From: Octopus sinensis
Lineage: Eukaryota
Direction of reading: 5' to 3'
DNA length: 50,503 nt
Assembly (NCBI RefSeq): GCF_006345805.1
Contig: NW_021834312.1
Span: forward strand, 1-50,503
The translations under genes and the position numbers were made by a program. The number at the start of each line of letters is the position of its first letter. Within the stretch, counting starts at the first letter, position 1. This document shows, piece by piece, positions 12,620-23,990 of the stretch. The notes under the pieces were generated by a model. That model was not told the DNA's origin, searched no databases, and worked only from the letters and a program-made list of their open reading frames with translations.

Positions 12620-12620
<1 letters not shown>

Positions 12621-12717
<97 letters not shown>
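12621..12717. repeat. (GAT)n microsatellite
   Basis: Direct inspection. Confidence 0.95.
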
Positions 12718-13137
12718 AGAGACACAAAGCTCGCCCATTTTCGTTGAATTTGTTTATAACGTTCTAAATATTATCGTTAAAAGCAATATTACGGAATGTA
12801 AAACTTGTTACTTTTACAGCGAATGAACTGCTGTAATTCTAGAAGTGGATTTAATAAGTTAATTTCGTATATTAATGGCAAGGGAGACACAGATGAAATT
12901 TTCTGTATTTCCTGAATCAATTAAATTGTCAACACCTCACAAAAGTTCTATGCTTTTGTAATGAATTTCGATTCCCAATCCTGGAATCACTTAACTTCAA
13001 TTACAACGCTAACACTTTTGTAAGAGACACAAGCAGTACCAAAGACACAGTTCCAACCGCCGCCGCCGCCGCCGCCACCACACACAAACACTTAGACACG
13101 CGTAGATTTAACCCGTATGTCATTAGATGAACTTGCC

Positions 13138-13315
13138 GTTGAAGGCGGTGAGCTGGCAGAATCGTTAGCATGCTGGGCAAAATGCTTCAGCAGTATTTTT
13201 CTGTCATTACGTTCTGAGTTCAAATGCTGCCAGGTCGACTTTGCCTTTCATCCTTTCGGGGTCGATAAATGAAGTAGCAGTGAAAATTTCAGGTTTTTTG
13301 CTTATAGTAGAAAAG
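13138..13315 (+). mobile_element. SINE family A with 16-bp TSD
   Basis: attagatgaacttgcc at 13122-13137 and 13316-13331; B-box GAGTTCAAAT; internally deleted. Confidence 0.9.
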
Positions 13316-13599
13316 ATTAGATGAACTTGCCATGAACCAGGCTCAATGTTGAAGTGTACATGAGGTTGCAAGAAATAGCAGCCGATTTCCGTCCAAGCGT
13401 GCGATGCTGTATTTAAGAAACGATGCATCATACAATATAAGTTTCCACAGATTGTTTTAGATGTCTATGTGGTCGCGAGCAGACACAGGCGCCCTTTCAG
13501 CATCTCTCACCCCCCGTCCCCAATGCTGCCCCAACCTCGCCATAGATTCAGCGGAACTTCGAGATTGTTCCTAATGGACGGTGAGTGAGGCTACACTGG

Positions 13600-13755
13600 C
13601 AGTCGGTTGGTCCTCGTTTGCAGTCGAAGAGATTGGAGCAATGTGAAATAATGTTCTTTACTCAAAGACACAATGCGTCATCCAGTCCAGGAATCGAACC
13701 GATGATTTTATGATCGTGAGCACAACTCGCTAACCACTAGGCCATGCATCTTCAG
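13600..13755 (-). mobile_element. SINE family C head, degenerate
   Basis: Reverse reads gcatggcctagtggttag...tcggttcgattcctgga..gcattgtgtctttgag. Confidence 0.6.
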
Positions 13756-13999
13756 CTGAATGAACAACTGAACACTCGAGGATCTCACCAAGATCCCGAT
13801 ATAAATGCAGAATGGTCGATGGCTAAGATGTTCATCCTTCCATCATGAGTTTCCAGTTTCGAACTCCCAACAAATCTGTAGCTAAGACTTAATCGCCCGA
13901 CGACTTTAGTTCGCAATTCTCAAGCTTTTACTTAATGCAGCTATCGGATGTGGCCATGCTGGGCTATCGCCTCGAAGAATTTTTAGTCGAGCGAATCGA

Positions 14000-14290
14000 C
14001 TTTAATACTCATATTTCAAAGTCTGGGACTTATTCTATTGGTCTCTTTTACCGAACCGCTAGGTTACGGTGTCATAACAAACTAAGACCAGTTATCGAGT
14101 TGTGGGTTGACAAACAAAACACACATGCATATATATAAGCTGGGCTTCCACACAGTTTCCCTCTACAAATTCACTGAGACATCAGTCGAGCCTGGGCTAG
14201 AGCAGAAGGCACTAAACACTTCTCCAAGGTACCGGACAATGGGACAGAAACCGAAACCACATGGTTGCCAAGCGGGCTTTTTAACCACCC
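14000..14290 (-). mobile_element. SINE family B, degenerate
   Basis: Diverged ttattctattggtctctttt..ccgaaccgctag and aaccacatggttg segments. Confidence 0.7.
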
Positions 14291-14699
14291 ATCCATTTTT
14301 TTATCTCCATCTTTTACATGATTCCAAGAAGTTTAGAATCTCTAAATTCTTCCCCCATGAAATCTACAACTTTCGTCTGATTGGCATCGGAGAGAATATC
14401 TTGTGGTATTTAAACCATCCCTTTGCGTTCAAAGATCAAATCTCACCATGGCCTATTTAGATGTTAAGCATAATCCTTCGTCCATGTTAACACCTCCACC
14501 CGACCCCTGGGCAGCCCTTAAGAGAATCCGCTCTCTTGCAAGCAGATTCTCTTAAGGCAATCAATTTAAGGATACCTTCACCCCACCCACCCATCAATCT
14601 GTAAAGGGTCAAGAACAGCACATTCTCAAAAAAGCCCCAAAAAACATGGAAACTTCTTTAATAAATTGCTATATTCCTGCGCTGAGCTAATTCTTTTTC

Positions 14700-14893
14700 G
14701 TTCATTGTTTATTTTAGTCGGGTTGGCGTCCTAATCTTGGCTGTTGCTTTTCACTACGTTTCAGCTGTGGTATGTTCCAGCCTTTTTCAGGTATCTTATG
14801 ATTCACGTTGGTGCCATGCCTGAGATTGAACTCAGAACCTGCAGGTAGTTAGACTGCATTAACCATCGCCTTTATCCACTACGCTATGCCCGT
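14700..14893 (-). mobile_element. tRNA-derived element (possible fourth SINE family)
   Basis: Reverse: gggcaTAGCGTAGTGG (A box)...GAGTTCAATC (B box)...ggcacca, followed by a non-tRNA tail. Confidence 0.5.
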
Positions 14894-15205
14894 AAGCTGC
14901 GTCGGAGTGAACCTCCATTGATGTCTTATGTCGGCTCCGCTGCCGATTGGATAATACAGCTTTATATTTCTGAGATGAAAGATTTCTATTCTGTACAATC
15001 AAGTTGGCGACACCATTCCGAGCAAGATAAACAGTGCAAATAAGAAAATATCTTTATAAAGGAATTCTTCGAACGATTTTCTAACCATTTTTAACTCTTA
15101 AATTGAAACTTAGATTTTATGCCTCATTCTTTACACAAATCCAAATAATTGGTGAGGTGTTCCTTCATGGACCTTTGTCCGTTATAAACGCAATATAAAC
15201 GCAAT

Positions 15206-15615
15206 AGGCGTAGGAGTGGCTGTGTGGTAAGTAGCTTGTTTACCAACCACATGGTTCCGGGTTCAGTCCCACTGCGTGGCACTTTGGCAAGTGTCTTCTA
15301 CTATAGCCTCGGGCCGACCAAAGCCTTGTGAGTGGATTTGGTAGACGGAAACTGAAAGGAGCCTGTCGTATATATGTATGTATATATATGCATGGGTGTG
15401 TTTGTGTATCTGTGTTTGTCTCCCTAGCATTGCTTGACAACCGATGCTAGTGTGTTTATGTCCCGTTACTTAGCGGTTCGGCAAAAGAGACTGATAGAAT
15501 AAGTACTGGGCTTAGAAAAGAATAAGTCCCGGGGTCGAGTTGCTCGATTAAAAAAATGCGGTGCTCCAGCATGGCCGCAGTCAAATGACTGAAACAAGTA
15601 AATGAGTAAAAGAGT
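15206..15615 (+). mobile_element. SINE family B, full length (tRNA head, CORE-like domain, internal microsatellite, (AAAGAGT)n tail)
   Basis: Complete match to copies at 17030, 22890, 30880 and 40063. Confidence 0.92.
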
Positions 15616-15629
15616 AATATACAGTGTGA

Positions 15630-15955
15630 TATTAAACTGGTTCTTCGTCGGTTGAGACGACGAGTGTTCCAGTTGTTCCGATAACAGCTTGCTCGGGAAA
15701 TTAATGTGCAAGCGGCTGAGCACTCCATAGACACGTATGCCCTTAATGTAGTTATCAAAGAGATCCACAGGGACACAGAGTGTAACAAGGGCTGGTCCTC
15801 TGCTTTACAAGTACAATTCATTATAGCCAACTGAGAGGATGGGGGCCCCGGAAACAAAGCGTTTTGTTTAAGGACACAACGCACCGCCGAGAATCGAACA
15901 CGCGACCTTACGATCGAGAGCCGAATACCCAAACCACTGAGCCACGCGCCTTCAT
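15630..15955 (-). mobile_element. SINE family C
   Basis: Reverse: aggcgcgtggctcagtggtt..tgttcgattctcggcggtgcgttgtgtcctt..; matches 35495-35822. Confidence 0.85.
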
Positions 15956-15979
15956 ACACCGTATTATATACGAGTTAAA

Positions 15980-16360
15980 CAAGGCGCAGGACTGGCTAAG
16001 TGATAAGGAGTTTGCTTCCCAACCACATGGCTGCAGGTTCAGTCCCACCACGTGGCACCTTGGGCAAGTGTCTTCTACTAAAATCTGGGGCCGACCAAAG
16101 CCTTGTGAGTGGATATGGTAGACGGAAACTGAAAGAAGCCAGTCGTATATTTATATATGTGTGTGTGTGCGTGTGTATGTGTGTGTACTTACGTCCCTGT
16201 TGAATAGCAGTTCGACAAAATAGACCGATAAAATAAGTATAAGGCTTAATAATATAACTAAGGGGCTTGATTCATTTGAGTAAAAATTCTTCAATGCGGT
16301 GCCCCAGCATGGCCACAGCCTAATGACCGAAACAATTAAACGATAAAAAGCAAAAAGATA
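15980..16360 (+). mobile_element. SINE family B, diverged
   Basis: Head, CORE-like segment and tail are recognisable. Confidence 0.85.
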
Positions 16361-16517
16361 GATGACAATCATAGACCCTTGTTCTACGAAAACACAGACA
16401 ACTCCGTCTTTAAACGGTTTTACTCAAACAGAATATAAGAAAACATCTGGCCGCCATTAATAATGTAATACAGAATTCGATCTAAGACTTTGTAGGTGGC
16501 AAATCAGCGGTTGAGAG

Positions 16518-17005
16518 TTATGGTTCCCAAACTTTTTCGGGCTGCCGCCCCCTTGACAGTCGTGCCACGTTCCTAGCGCCCCACGACCAGCAGCAAATTC
16601 AAAACAACAAGGCGGCGAAACGTTAGCACGCCGGGCGAAATGCTTAGCGATATTTCGTCTGTCTTTACGTTCTGAGTTCAAATTCCGCCGAGGTCGACTT
16701 TGCTTTTCATTCTTTTCGGGGTTGATAAATTAAGTACCAGTTGCGTACTGGGGTCGATCTAATCGACTGGCCCCCTCCCCAAACATTTCGTGCCTTGTGC
16801 CGAGAGTAGAAAAGAAATTCAAAACAGCAATATTTTACGAATTAAAAACTTAATCTACTTAACCTTTTTTTTTTTTGGTGGGTGGGGTTTACATCGATCA
16901 CCCCCTTTTGCCCAGCCTATTATTGCCCACCAATTTTCTTCAAAGCCTCTCTTGATCTTTCCGCCGCCCATAGAGGGGCAGTACCGCCCACTTTGGGAAC
17001 CACTG
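16518..17005. mobile_element. hAT-superfamily MITE (Charlie-like TIR) with 8-bp TSD
   Basis: TIRs ttatggttcccaaa / tttgggaaccactg. TSD gttgagag (16510-16517) vs gtttagag (17006-17013). Confidence 0.8.
16611..16814 (+). mobile_element. SINE family A nested in the hAT MITE
   Basis: TSD aaattcaaaacaacaa (16595-16610) / aaattcaaaacagcaa (16815-16830). Confidence 0.9.
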
Positions 17006-17029
17006 GTTTAGAGTACATAATATTTTTGT

Positions 17030-17420
17030 TTTACTCTTTTACTCTTTTACTTGTTTCAGTCATTTGACTGCGGCCATGCTGGAGCACCGCATTTAGTCGA
17101 GCAAATCGACCCCAGGACTTATTCTTTGTAAGCCCAGTACTTATTCTATCGGTCTCTTTTGCCGAACCGCTAAGTGACGGGGACGTAAACACACCAGCAT
17201 CGGTTGTCAAGCAATGCTAGGGGGACAAACACAGACACACAAACATATATATATACATACATATATACAACGGGCTCCTTTCAGTTTCCGTCTATCAAAT
17301 CCACTCACAAGGCTTTGGTTGGCCCGAGGCTATAGTTGAAGACACTTGCCCAAGATGCCACGCAGTGGGACTGAACCCGGAACCATGTGGTTGGTAAGCA
17401 AGCTACTTACCACACAGCCG
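17030..17420 (-). mobile_element. SINE family B
   Basis: Near-consensus reverse copy. Confidence 0.92.
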
Positions 17421-18043
17421 CTAGTTTTTTGTTGTTGTTTTTGTTTTACATAAACCTCTCCCTAACCGATTCATATTTGCGATCTCAGCAATGTGAAACA
17501 ACGCTTCCCATGTCTTGCATAAATAAAATCCCAATTGTTTCACATTTAGACAGCAAGCGTTATATAAAACACGCCCGTACACACACATACACACACACAA
17601 ACACACTGCAGTATTTATTAACAGGTCTGTTTACTAATTAATATTTTAATTAGCGATTTATAAACAAGCATGAATCTAATCTTAGAACTATCCGAAATTT
17701 GACCAATTTTTCGCGTGCACACACACACATACACACATACACACATACACACACACGCGCGCACACACACATTTGGTCCCCATCTGTTGGCTTTAATTCG
17801 ATATTTCCTCGTACTAACTAATCCTTCGCCGTTCCTTTTTCTGCCCAACCCTCCTCTATTATTTTTTCATCTCATTTCCCTACAACTCGCTTTATTCTTC
17901 GCATAATCTTCAGAAATAAGGTTTACTTTCGCCTGATACACTTCCACAATTTACACCACACATACGCCTGCATATATAAGGATTTGTGTGTGCGTGTGCG
18001 TGTGTGCGTGTGTGTGTGTGTGTGTGTATGCGTGCGTGTGTGT

Positions 18044-18092
<49 letters not shown>

Positions 18093-18209
18093 CATTATTT
18101 GTCTCTTTATTACCCGATCCAGTTATACACTTTTTATTGCTCTAAGGTTGGATTTTAAGAATGTCAATTTATTCGAGCTAATCCTCTGTTCACCCACTTC
18201 TCACACACT

Positions 18210-18279
<70 letters not shown>

Positions 18280-19300
18280 CGGGAAGCTTTATGAAATAGA
18301 AAAGACGAAGGCAGGTGGAAAACAAACAAACAATTGTATTAGTATGGCGCTCAGGAAATATAAATAAAACAAGTCTTTAACGTTTCGAGCCTACGCTCTT
18401 CAACAGAAAGATACACAGAGAAAAAAAACACAGAAAGAAGGAGAGAAAAAAAATGCGTGCAGTAACTAACGAACCAACATGGCGATCTGATTTCGGCCAG
18501 AAGTCAAGATCAAACATGAGACGCGAGAGCGAAATTAGGGGAGATAATAGGGTTGAGTGACCAGCTCCAACATAGGGTGTGTGTGTGTGTGTGTATGAGA
18601 GAGTATTAGTGCGTATGAGAGGTCTGGACGTGTGTATGTATAGGGTTGGTGTATGTATTAGTATGTATTAGTATGTATAAGGGTTGTGTGTGTGTGTGTC
18701 TGTGTGTTGGATGAGAGAGTATTAGTGCGTATGAGAGGTCTGGACGTGTGATGTATAGGGTTGGTGTATGTATGATTAGTATGTATTAGTATGTTTAGTA
18801 TGAGTTAGTTGGTGTATGTATTAGTATGGCACACTCATATATGATGTGATGTGTAAAGTCGTGTGGTGTAGTGTGGAGAGAGAAGAGGGGGATGGGGAGA
18901 AGAGGGAGAGGAGGGGATAGGGGGAGAAGGAGGGGAGGGGGAGGAGGAAGGGGAAAGAGGGGGAGGGGGAGAGCGAAGGGAGTGAGGGAGCAGAGGAGGG
19001 GAAGGAAGAGGAAAGAGGGAGGGAGACAGAGGGAAGAAGGGAAGGGGAGTAGGGGTGAAAGGATGAAGGACTGAAGAAGTAGGGGTCGGGGGAAGGTAGA
19101 TGAGGAGAGGGGAGAGGGGGGTCAGATGAGGAGGGGGGGAGAGTTGAGACCAAATGGCGTATAAGAGCGAAGAGAGAAGATTAATTCCTGTTCACGGCGC
19201 AAACGGGAATCCGGATGGCCTCTGTGTAAGGACAAACCGAACACAGATAGGTGTTGCAAGGAGTGACCGGTGGAGCATGTATATATCTCTTCGAATTCCG
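18280..19300 (-). mobile_element. 5'-truncated Penelope-like element: GIY-YIG C-terminus, long 3' UTR and hammerhead-like end
   Basis: STGHSLQHLSVFGLSLHRGHPDSRLRREQELIFSLRSYTPFGLNS (about 19135-19290) resembles PLE endonuclease C-termini (E..LIF.L....P.GLN). It is followed by pyrimidine-rich and CA-rich UTR and the motif at 18374-18411. Confidence 0.75.
18374..18411 (-). ncRNA. Minimal hammerhead-like motif, U6 variant
   Basis: TCTTT-CTGTTGA-A-GAGC gtag GCTC-GAAA-CG-TT-AAAGA: 5-bp stem I, 4-bp stem II, palindromic ACGT stem III, GUU triplet. Confidence 0.55.
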
Positions 19301-19472
19301 ATTGCAATGAATTTTGTCAACAATTAAGAGAAGAAAATTCCCTCAATGCGTTACTTCTTTCTGTGACGTTCTTCTTGTGTCCTTCTGTAAAATTTTAGCT
19401 CCCTCGATGAAACCGCGCCCTCACATCAGAAAGTGGCCTTCAACTAAACATTACATTTACGTCTCTCTGTCT

Positions 19473-19507
<35 letters not shown>

Positions 19508-19611
19508 CCTCAATATCTTTCTCTCCCTTTCTCTCTGCCTGTGATATACATACATATATATATACATATATATATGCATTTAACTAAACGCCTCTTCTAA
19601 CGTATTTGCAG

Positions 19612-19993
19612 AATCTGCGGGATTTGATGTCTACAAACTGGGGCCTTACACTAGAATGGACATTATCGTAGGCACTGAAAAGACCAGAGATTTTAAACCG
19701 AGTGGCATATCAACAACACCAGGCAAAATGATACAGAGGCCTTTCGGTGGGCTTCCTTACAGTCTTCTTTTATCCAGCTGCACTCCTAAAAATTTCTGTC
19801 GGTCAAAGGGACAAACGGTGGCATAAAAATCAAAACCACGTCATTGTATAACGAACTTCTTGATGCAATGGTAGCACCTGCGTCTGTATACTTTATTTGT
19901 CCAAAGATTAGCTTCGAGACAAAGAAATTCAGAAAAAATGTCTGTAAATATATGAAAAACAAAAACAGAGCACATTCGTTTAGTGAGAACAAA
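19612..19993. pseudogene. Exon-like island (either a frameshifted plus-strand exon or a decayed minus-strand CBM14-like exon)
   Basis: Plus strand: ctaac..tttgcag| acceptor and AAA|gtaagt donor around two long frames offset by one base. Minus strand: tttttcatatatttacag|AC then DIFSEFLC..HCIKKFVIQ*..VCPFD../ECSWIKEDC. Confidence 0.3.
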
Positions 19994-20344
19994 GTAAGTA
20001 TTGTTAACAATGTGTAAAGATAACAATTGTGTAAGTATTTCAAGTGATTGTGATGTTAGGCCGACCATAAACTGTGAAAGTATTATCGAGTCTGGAAGAG
20101 CGTTTAGTTAGATTAACTTCATAATCGTGTAGGAGGCGGACAACGCTATGTTCTCTGAGGAGGGACGGAAAGAGGGGGGGTCAGGAACATACAAACACAC
20201 ACACACACACACACACACACATATCATATACACAATATATGCGTTCCTCAGTTGGTATTTCATTACATGCGCATGACACACACAAAAATATGCACTCACA
20301 CACACACACGTACACGCGCACACACGCACACACATCCATATTCT

Positions 20345-20560
20345 GGTTTTCTTTTACTTGTTTCTGTCATTTAACTGTGGCCCATGCTGGAGCACTGCCT
20401 CAAAGGGTGTTAGTTGAAGAAATCGATCCCTGAACTTATTTTTTGTAAGCTTAGTACTTCTCCTATCGGTCTTTTTTGCCGCACCGCTAAGTTACGGGGA
20501 CGTAAACACACCAGCATCGGTTGTCAAGCGATGGCGGGGGGCCCCCCACACACACACAAC
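20345..20560 (-). mobile_element. SINE family B, 3' part
   Basis: cttttacttgtttctgtcatttaactgtggcccatgctggagc...accagcatcggttgtcaagc. Confidence 0.85.
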
Positions 20561-20590
20561 ACACGCCACACACACACACATACACACAAT

Positions 20591-20649
<59 letters not shown>

Positions 20650-20650
<1 letters not shown>

Positions 20651-21029
20651 CTAGCAGTATCGCCCGGCGTTGCTCAGGTTTGTAAGGGAAATAACTAAAG
20701 CATTTTTAGAGAGTTATAGAAAAAGATAGCAAAAAATGGAAAAAAAAAACTATGGTAAATTTTTTTTTGAGAGTTAAAAAGGTCGAGTTGCGTCCCCTAG
20801 ACAGTCTGTGGTGTGTGTTTCTGATTCTCGACCCCATGTTGAATTTATCGATTTTTTTACGAGCTGGGGAACTTTTCAAAATTGTCGCTGCGTTAGTTTT
20901 GAATTATGACATTGGGCTATGTGTGTGTCAAGTTTCATCAGAATCGGTTGAAAGTAGTGGGCAGGGTGAGGTACAACAAACAGACACACAGAAACACACA
21001 CAGACAATCTGCCGTTTATAAGAGAGAGA
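20650..21029 (+). mobile_element. Non-autonomous Helitron/Helentron (DINE-like) element
   Basis: 5' actagcagtatcgcccggcgttgctc hairpin-forming end; 3' cacagacaa..gccgtttata..agagag; no TSD seen. Confidence 0.6.
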
Positions 21030-21204
21030 TATATATATATACATCATATATATATTATATATATATACATATATACATTATATATATACATATATACATA
21101 TATATATATTACATATATACATATATATATATATATACATATATATATACATGTATACATATATATATACATGGTATACATATATATATACATGTATACA
21201 TATA

Positions 21205-21236
<32 letters not shown>

Positions 21237-21261
21237 ATATACATATATACATATATATATA

Positions 21262-21316
<55 letters not shown>

Positions 21317-21557
21317 ACATATATATTAATATATATATATATATATATATATACGTATATATATATGTATATAAATATATACATATTGTACGTGTATATC
21401 TTCATCAATGAAGCAAAGTTTGGACAGCGTGGAACGTAAGCAAATTGTGTATAAACGAGATGGTCTCTAATTTATAAAAAACAAACCATTGCCTTCGCCT
21501 TTTATTATGGAATCAATACATGTCGAACGGAGACACAATATATTATATTTATATTTA

Positions 21558-21934
21558 ACTAGCAGTATCGCCCGGCGTTGCTCAGCTTTGTAAGGGAAAT
21601 AACTATAAAGCATTTTAGAGAGTTATAGCCAAAAATAGCAAAAAAAATGGAAAAAAATTATGGTAAATTTTTTTTTGAGAGTTAAAAAAGGTCGAGTTGT
21701 GTCCCCTAGACAGTCTGTGGTTTGTGTTTATGATTCTCGACCCCATGTCGAATTTATCGATTTTTTTCGAAATGGGAAACTTTAAAATTTTCGCTGCGTT
21801 AGTTTTGAATTATTACATTGGGCTATGTGTGTGTCAAGTTTCATCAGAATCGGTTGAAGCAGTGGTCAGGGTGAGGGTACAACAACAGACACACAGAAAC
21901 CACACAGACAAACTGCCGTTTATATAGAGAGAGA
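21558..21934 (+). mobile_element. Second copy of the Helentron-like element
   Basis: Collinear direct repeat of 20650-21029. Confidence 0.65.
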
Positions 21935-22044
21935 TATACGATAGGCTTCTTCAAGTTTCCGTGTGCCAAATCCACCCACAAGGTTTTGTTCAGCCCGAGG
22001 CTATAGTAGAAGTCATTTGAACCCAGAATCGTGTGGTTGGGAAG

Positions 22045-22287
22045 CAAGCTTCTTATTTCTCTACTGCTCACAAGGGGTTAAACACAAAGGGGACAAACAA
22101 GGACAGACACACGGATTAAGTCGATTACATCGACACCAGAGCGAAACTGGAAATTATTTAATCGACCCCGAAAGGATAAAAGGCACAGTCGACCTCGACG
22201 GAATTTGAACTCAGAACGTAGCGACAGACGAAATACCGCTACTCATTTCGCCCGGTGTGTTAACGTTTCTGCCAGCTCGCCGCCTTG
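22045..22287 (-). mobile_element. SINE family A
   Basis: Full reverse copy ending ..gccagctcgccgcctt. Confidence 0.9.
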
Positions 22288-22310
22288 ATAATAACACAAC
22301 CACGCCTACG

Positions 22311-22372
<62 letters not shown>

Positions 22373-22374
22373 TG

Positions 22375-22405
<31 letters not shown>

Positions 22406-22751
22406 GAGCGTTCCCTAGTCGAAAGACACCTCTTGTTATATCCTGTTATTTGTATTTGTATAACATTCTCCGTTTTTTTCCCGTCCTTGTTTTTGTATAC
22501 ATTCGCTGCTTTCTTCTAAGGAATCTAATGCTCTTAGCTTAGTTTTTCCTTGGGGCTGGCCAGATTGGAGCAATCTCGAGTATAACCAGCCGAAATTGCA
22601 ATAATCGGGATCTCGACTGAGGAAAGAAAACTCCGAATGACCCGTCCTTGTTTTCTTTGTATCGTATATCCGGATGTTTTGTTGTCCCTTTTTGTATCAC
22701 CTAACCGTCTGGATGTTTTGCGTTCTTGTCCCATTTTTTGTATTTTATACA

Positions 22752-22787
<36 letters not shown>

Positions 22788-22825
22788 TAAATATTATATA
22801 CACGTTATATAGACGATAACTATCA

Positions 22826-22889
<64 letters not shown>

Positions 22890-22893
<4 letters not shown>

Positions 22894-23298
22894 TTTTACT
22901 CTTTTACTTGTTTCAGTCATTTGACTGCGGCCATGCTGGAGTACCGCCTTTAATCGAGCAAACTCGAGCCCGGGACTTATTCTTTGTAAGCCCAGTACTT
23001 ATTCTATCGGTCTCTTTTTGCCGAACCGCTAAGTGACGGAGACATAAACACACCAGCATCGGTTGTCAAGCAATGCTAGGGGGACAAACACAAACATACA
23101 CGCACACACACATATACATATATATATACATATATACGACGGGCTTCTTTCAGTTTCCGTCTACCAAATCCACTCACAAGGCGTTGGTCGGCCCGAGGGT
23201 ATAGTAGAAGACACTTGCCCAAGGGGCCACGCAGTGGGACTGAACCCGGAACCATGTTGTTGGTAAACAAGCTACTTACCACACAGCAACTCCTGCAC
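22890..23298 (-). mobile_element. SINE family B
   Basis: Near-consensus reverse copy. Confidence 0.92.
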
Positions 23299-23343
23299 CT
23301 ATATATATATATATTATATATATATATATATATTATATATATA

Positions 23344-23381
<38 letters not shown>

Positions 23382-23703
23382 CAGATATATTATATAAGGT
23401 GGCGAGCTGGCAGTATCGTTAGCACGCGGTGCAAAATTGTTGTCGCACATTCCGATGCCTTCTTCTGAACGCTACTCTGCTCTTGTTGTTTTACAACTGC
23501 TTTCAGTAACTCTTCCATTTCGGTACTATTCGAAACCTCGTCACCACTGTTACATCACAATACTACACAGTGGTTGTTGTGTGAGCTACGAAATCCCCGT
23601 CGTCACTGTTGTGTCGCACGTTCGAATGACCTCTACTCAACTCGACTCTACTCCACTCTACTCTGTTCTAGTCTGCTCTCAGCTCTGCTCTCTACTTGAC
23701 CTC

Positions 23704-23948
23704 TAGATTTGATTTGTCTTCATCAGCTGCATTTACCTGGACAAAATTTCATATGTTGCCACATCTATGCCAGTACAGTCGTCTGAACGCCAAAACGTTA
23801 ACAGAACGATAACAGTGAAGAAGTTTCAATGAAAATAATATATCGTTCTGTTAACGTTTTGGCGTTCAGACGACTGTACTGGCATAGATGTGGCAACATA
23901 TGAAACATTGTCCAGGTATATGCAGCTGATGAAGACAAATCAAATCTA
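23704..23948. repeat. 108-bp inverted repeat with 29-nt spacer
   Basis: Arms 23704-23811 and 23841-23948, 3 mismatches by eye. Confidence 0.95.
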
Positions 23949-23990
23949 CGTTGTCAAACGTATTTGAAGAGTCTGAAACCGGTACTGCAT
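23920..23990 (+). ncRNA. Minimal type-I hammerhead ribozyme, canonical core
   Basis: ATGCAG-CTGATGA(23926-23932)-AGAC..extended hairpin..GTCT-GAAA(23975-23978)-CCGG-TA^CTGCAT: 6-bp stem I, palindromic ACCGGT stem III, GUA triplet. Confidence 0.8.

Noticed and set aside
14516-14557. 13-16-bp hairpin (ccttaagagaatc/gattctcttaagg)
   Set aside because: Real but isolated; too short for a pre-miRNA call and no supporting context.
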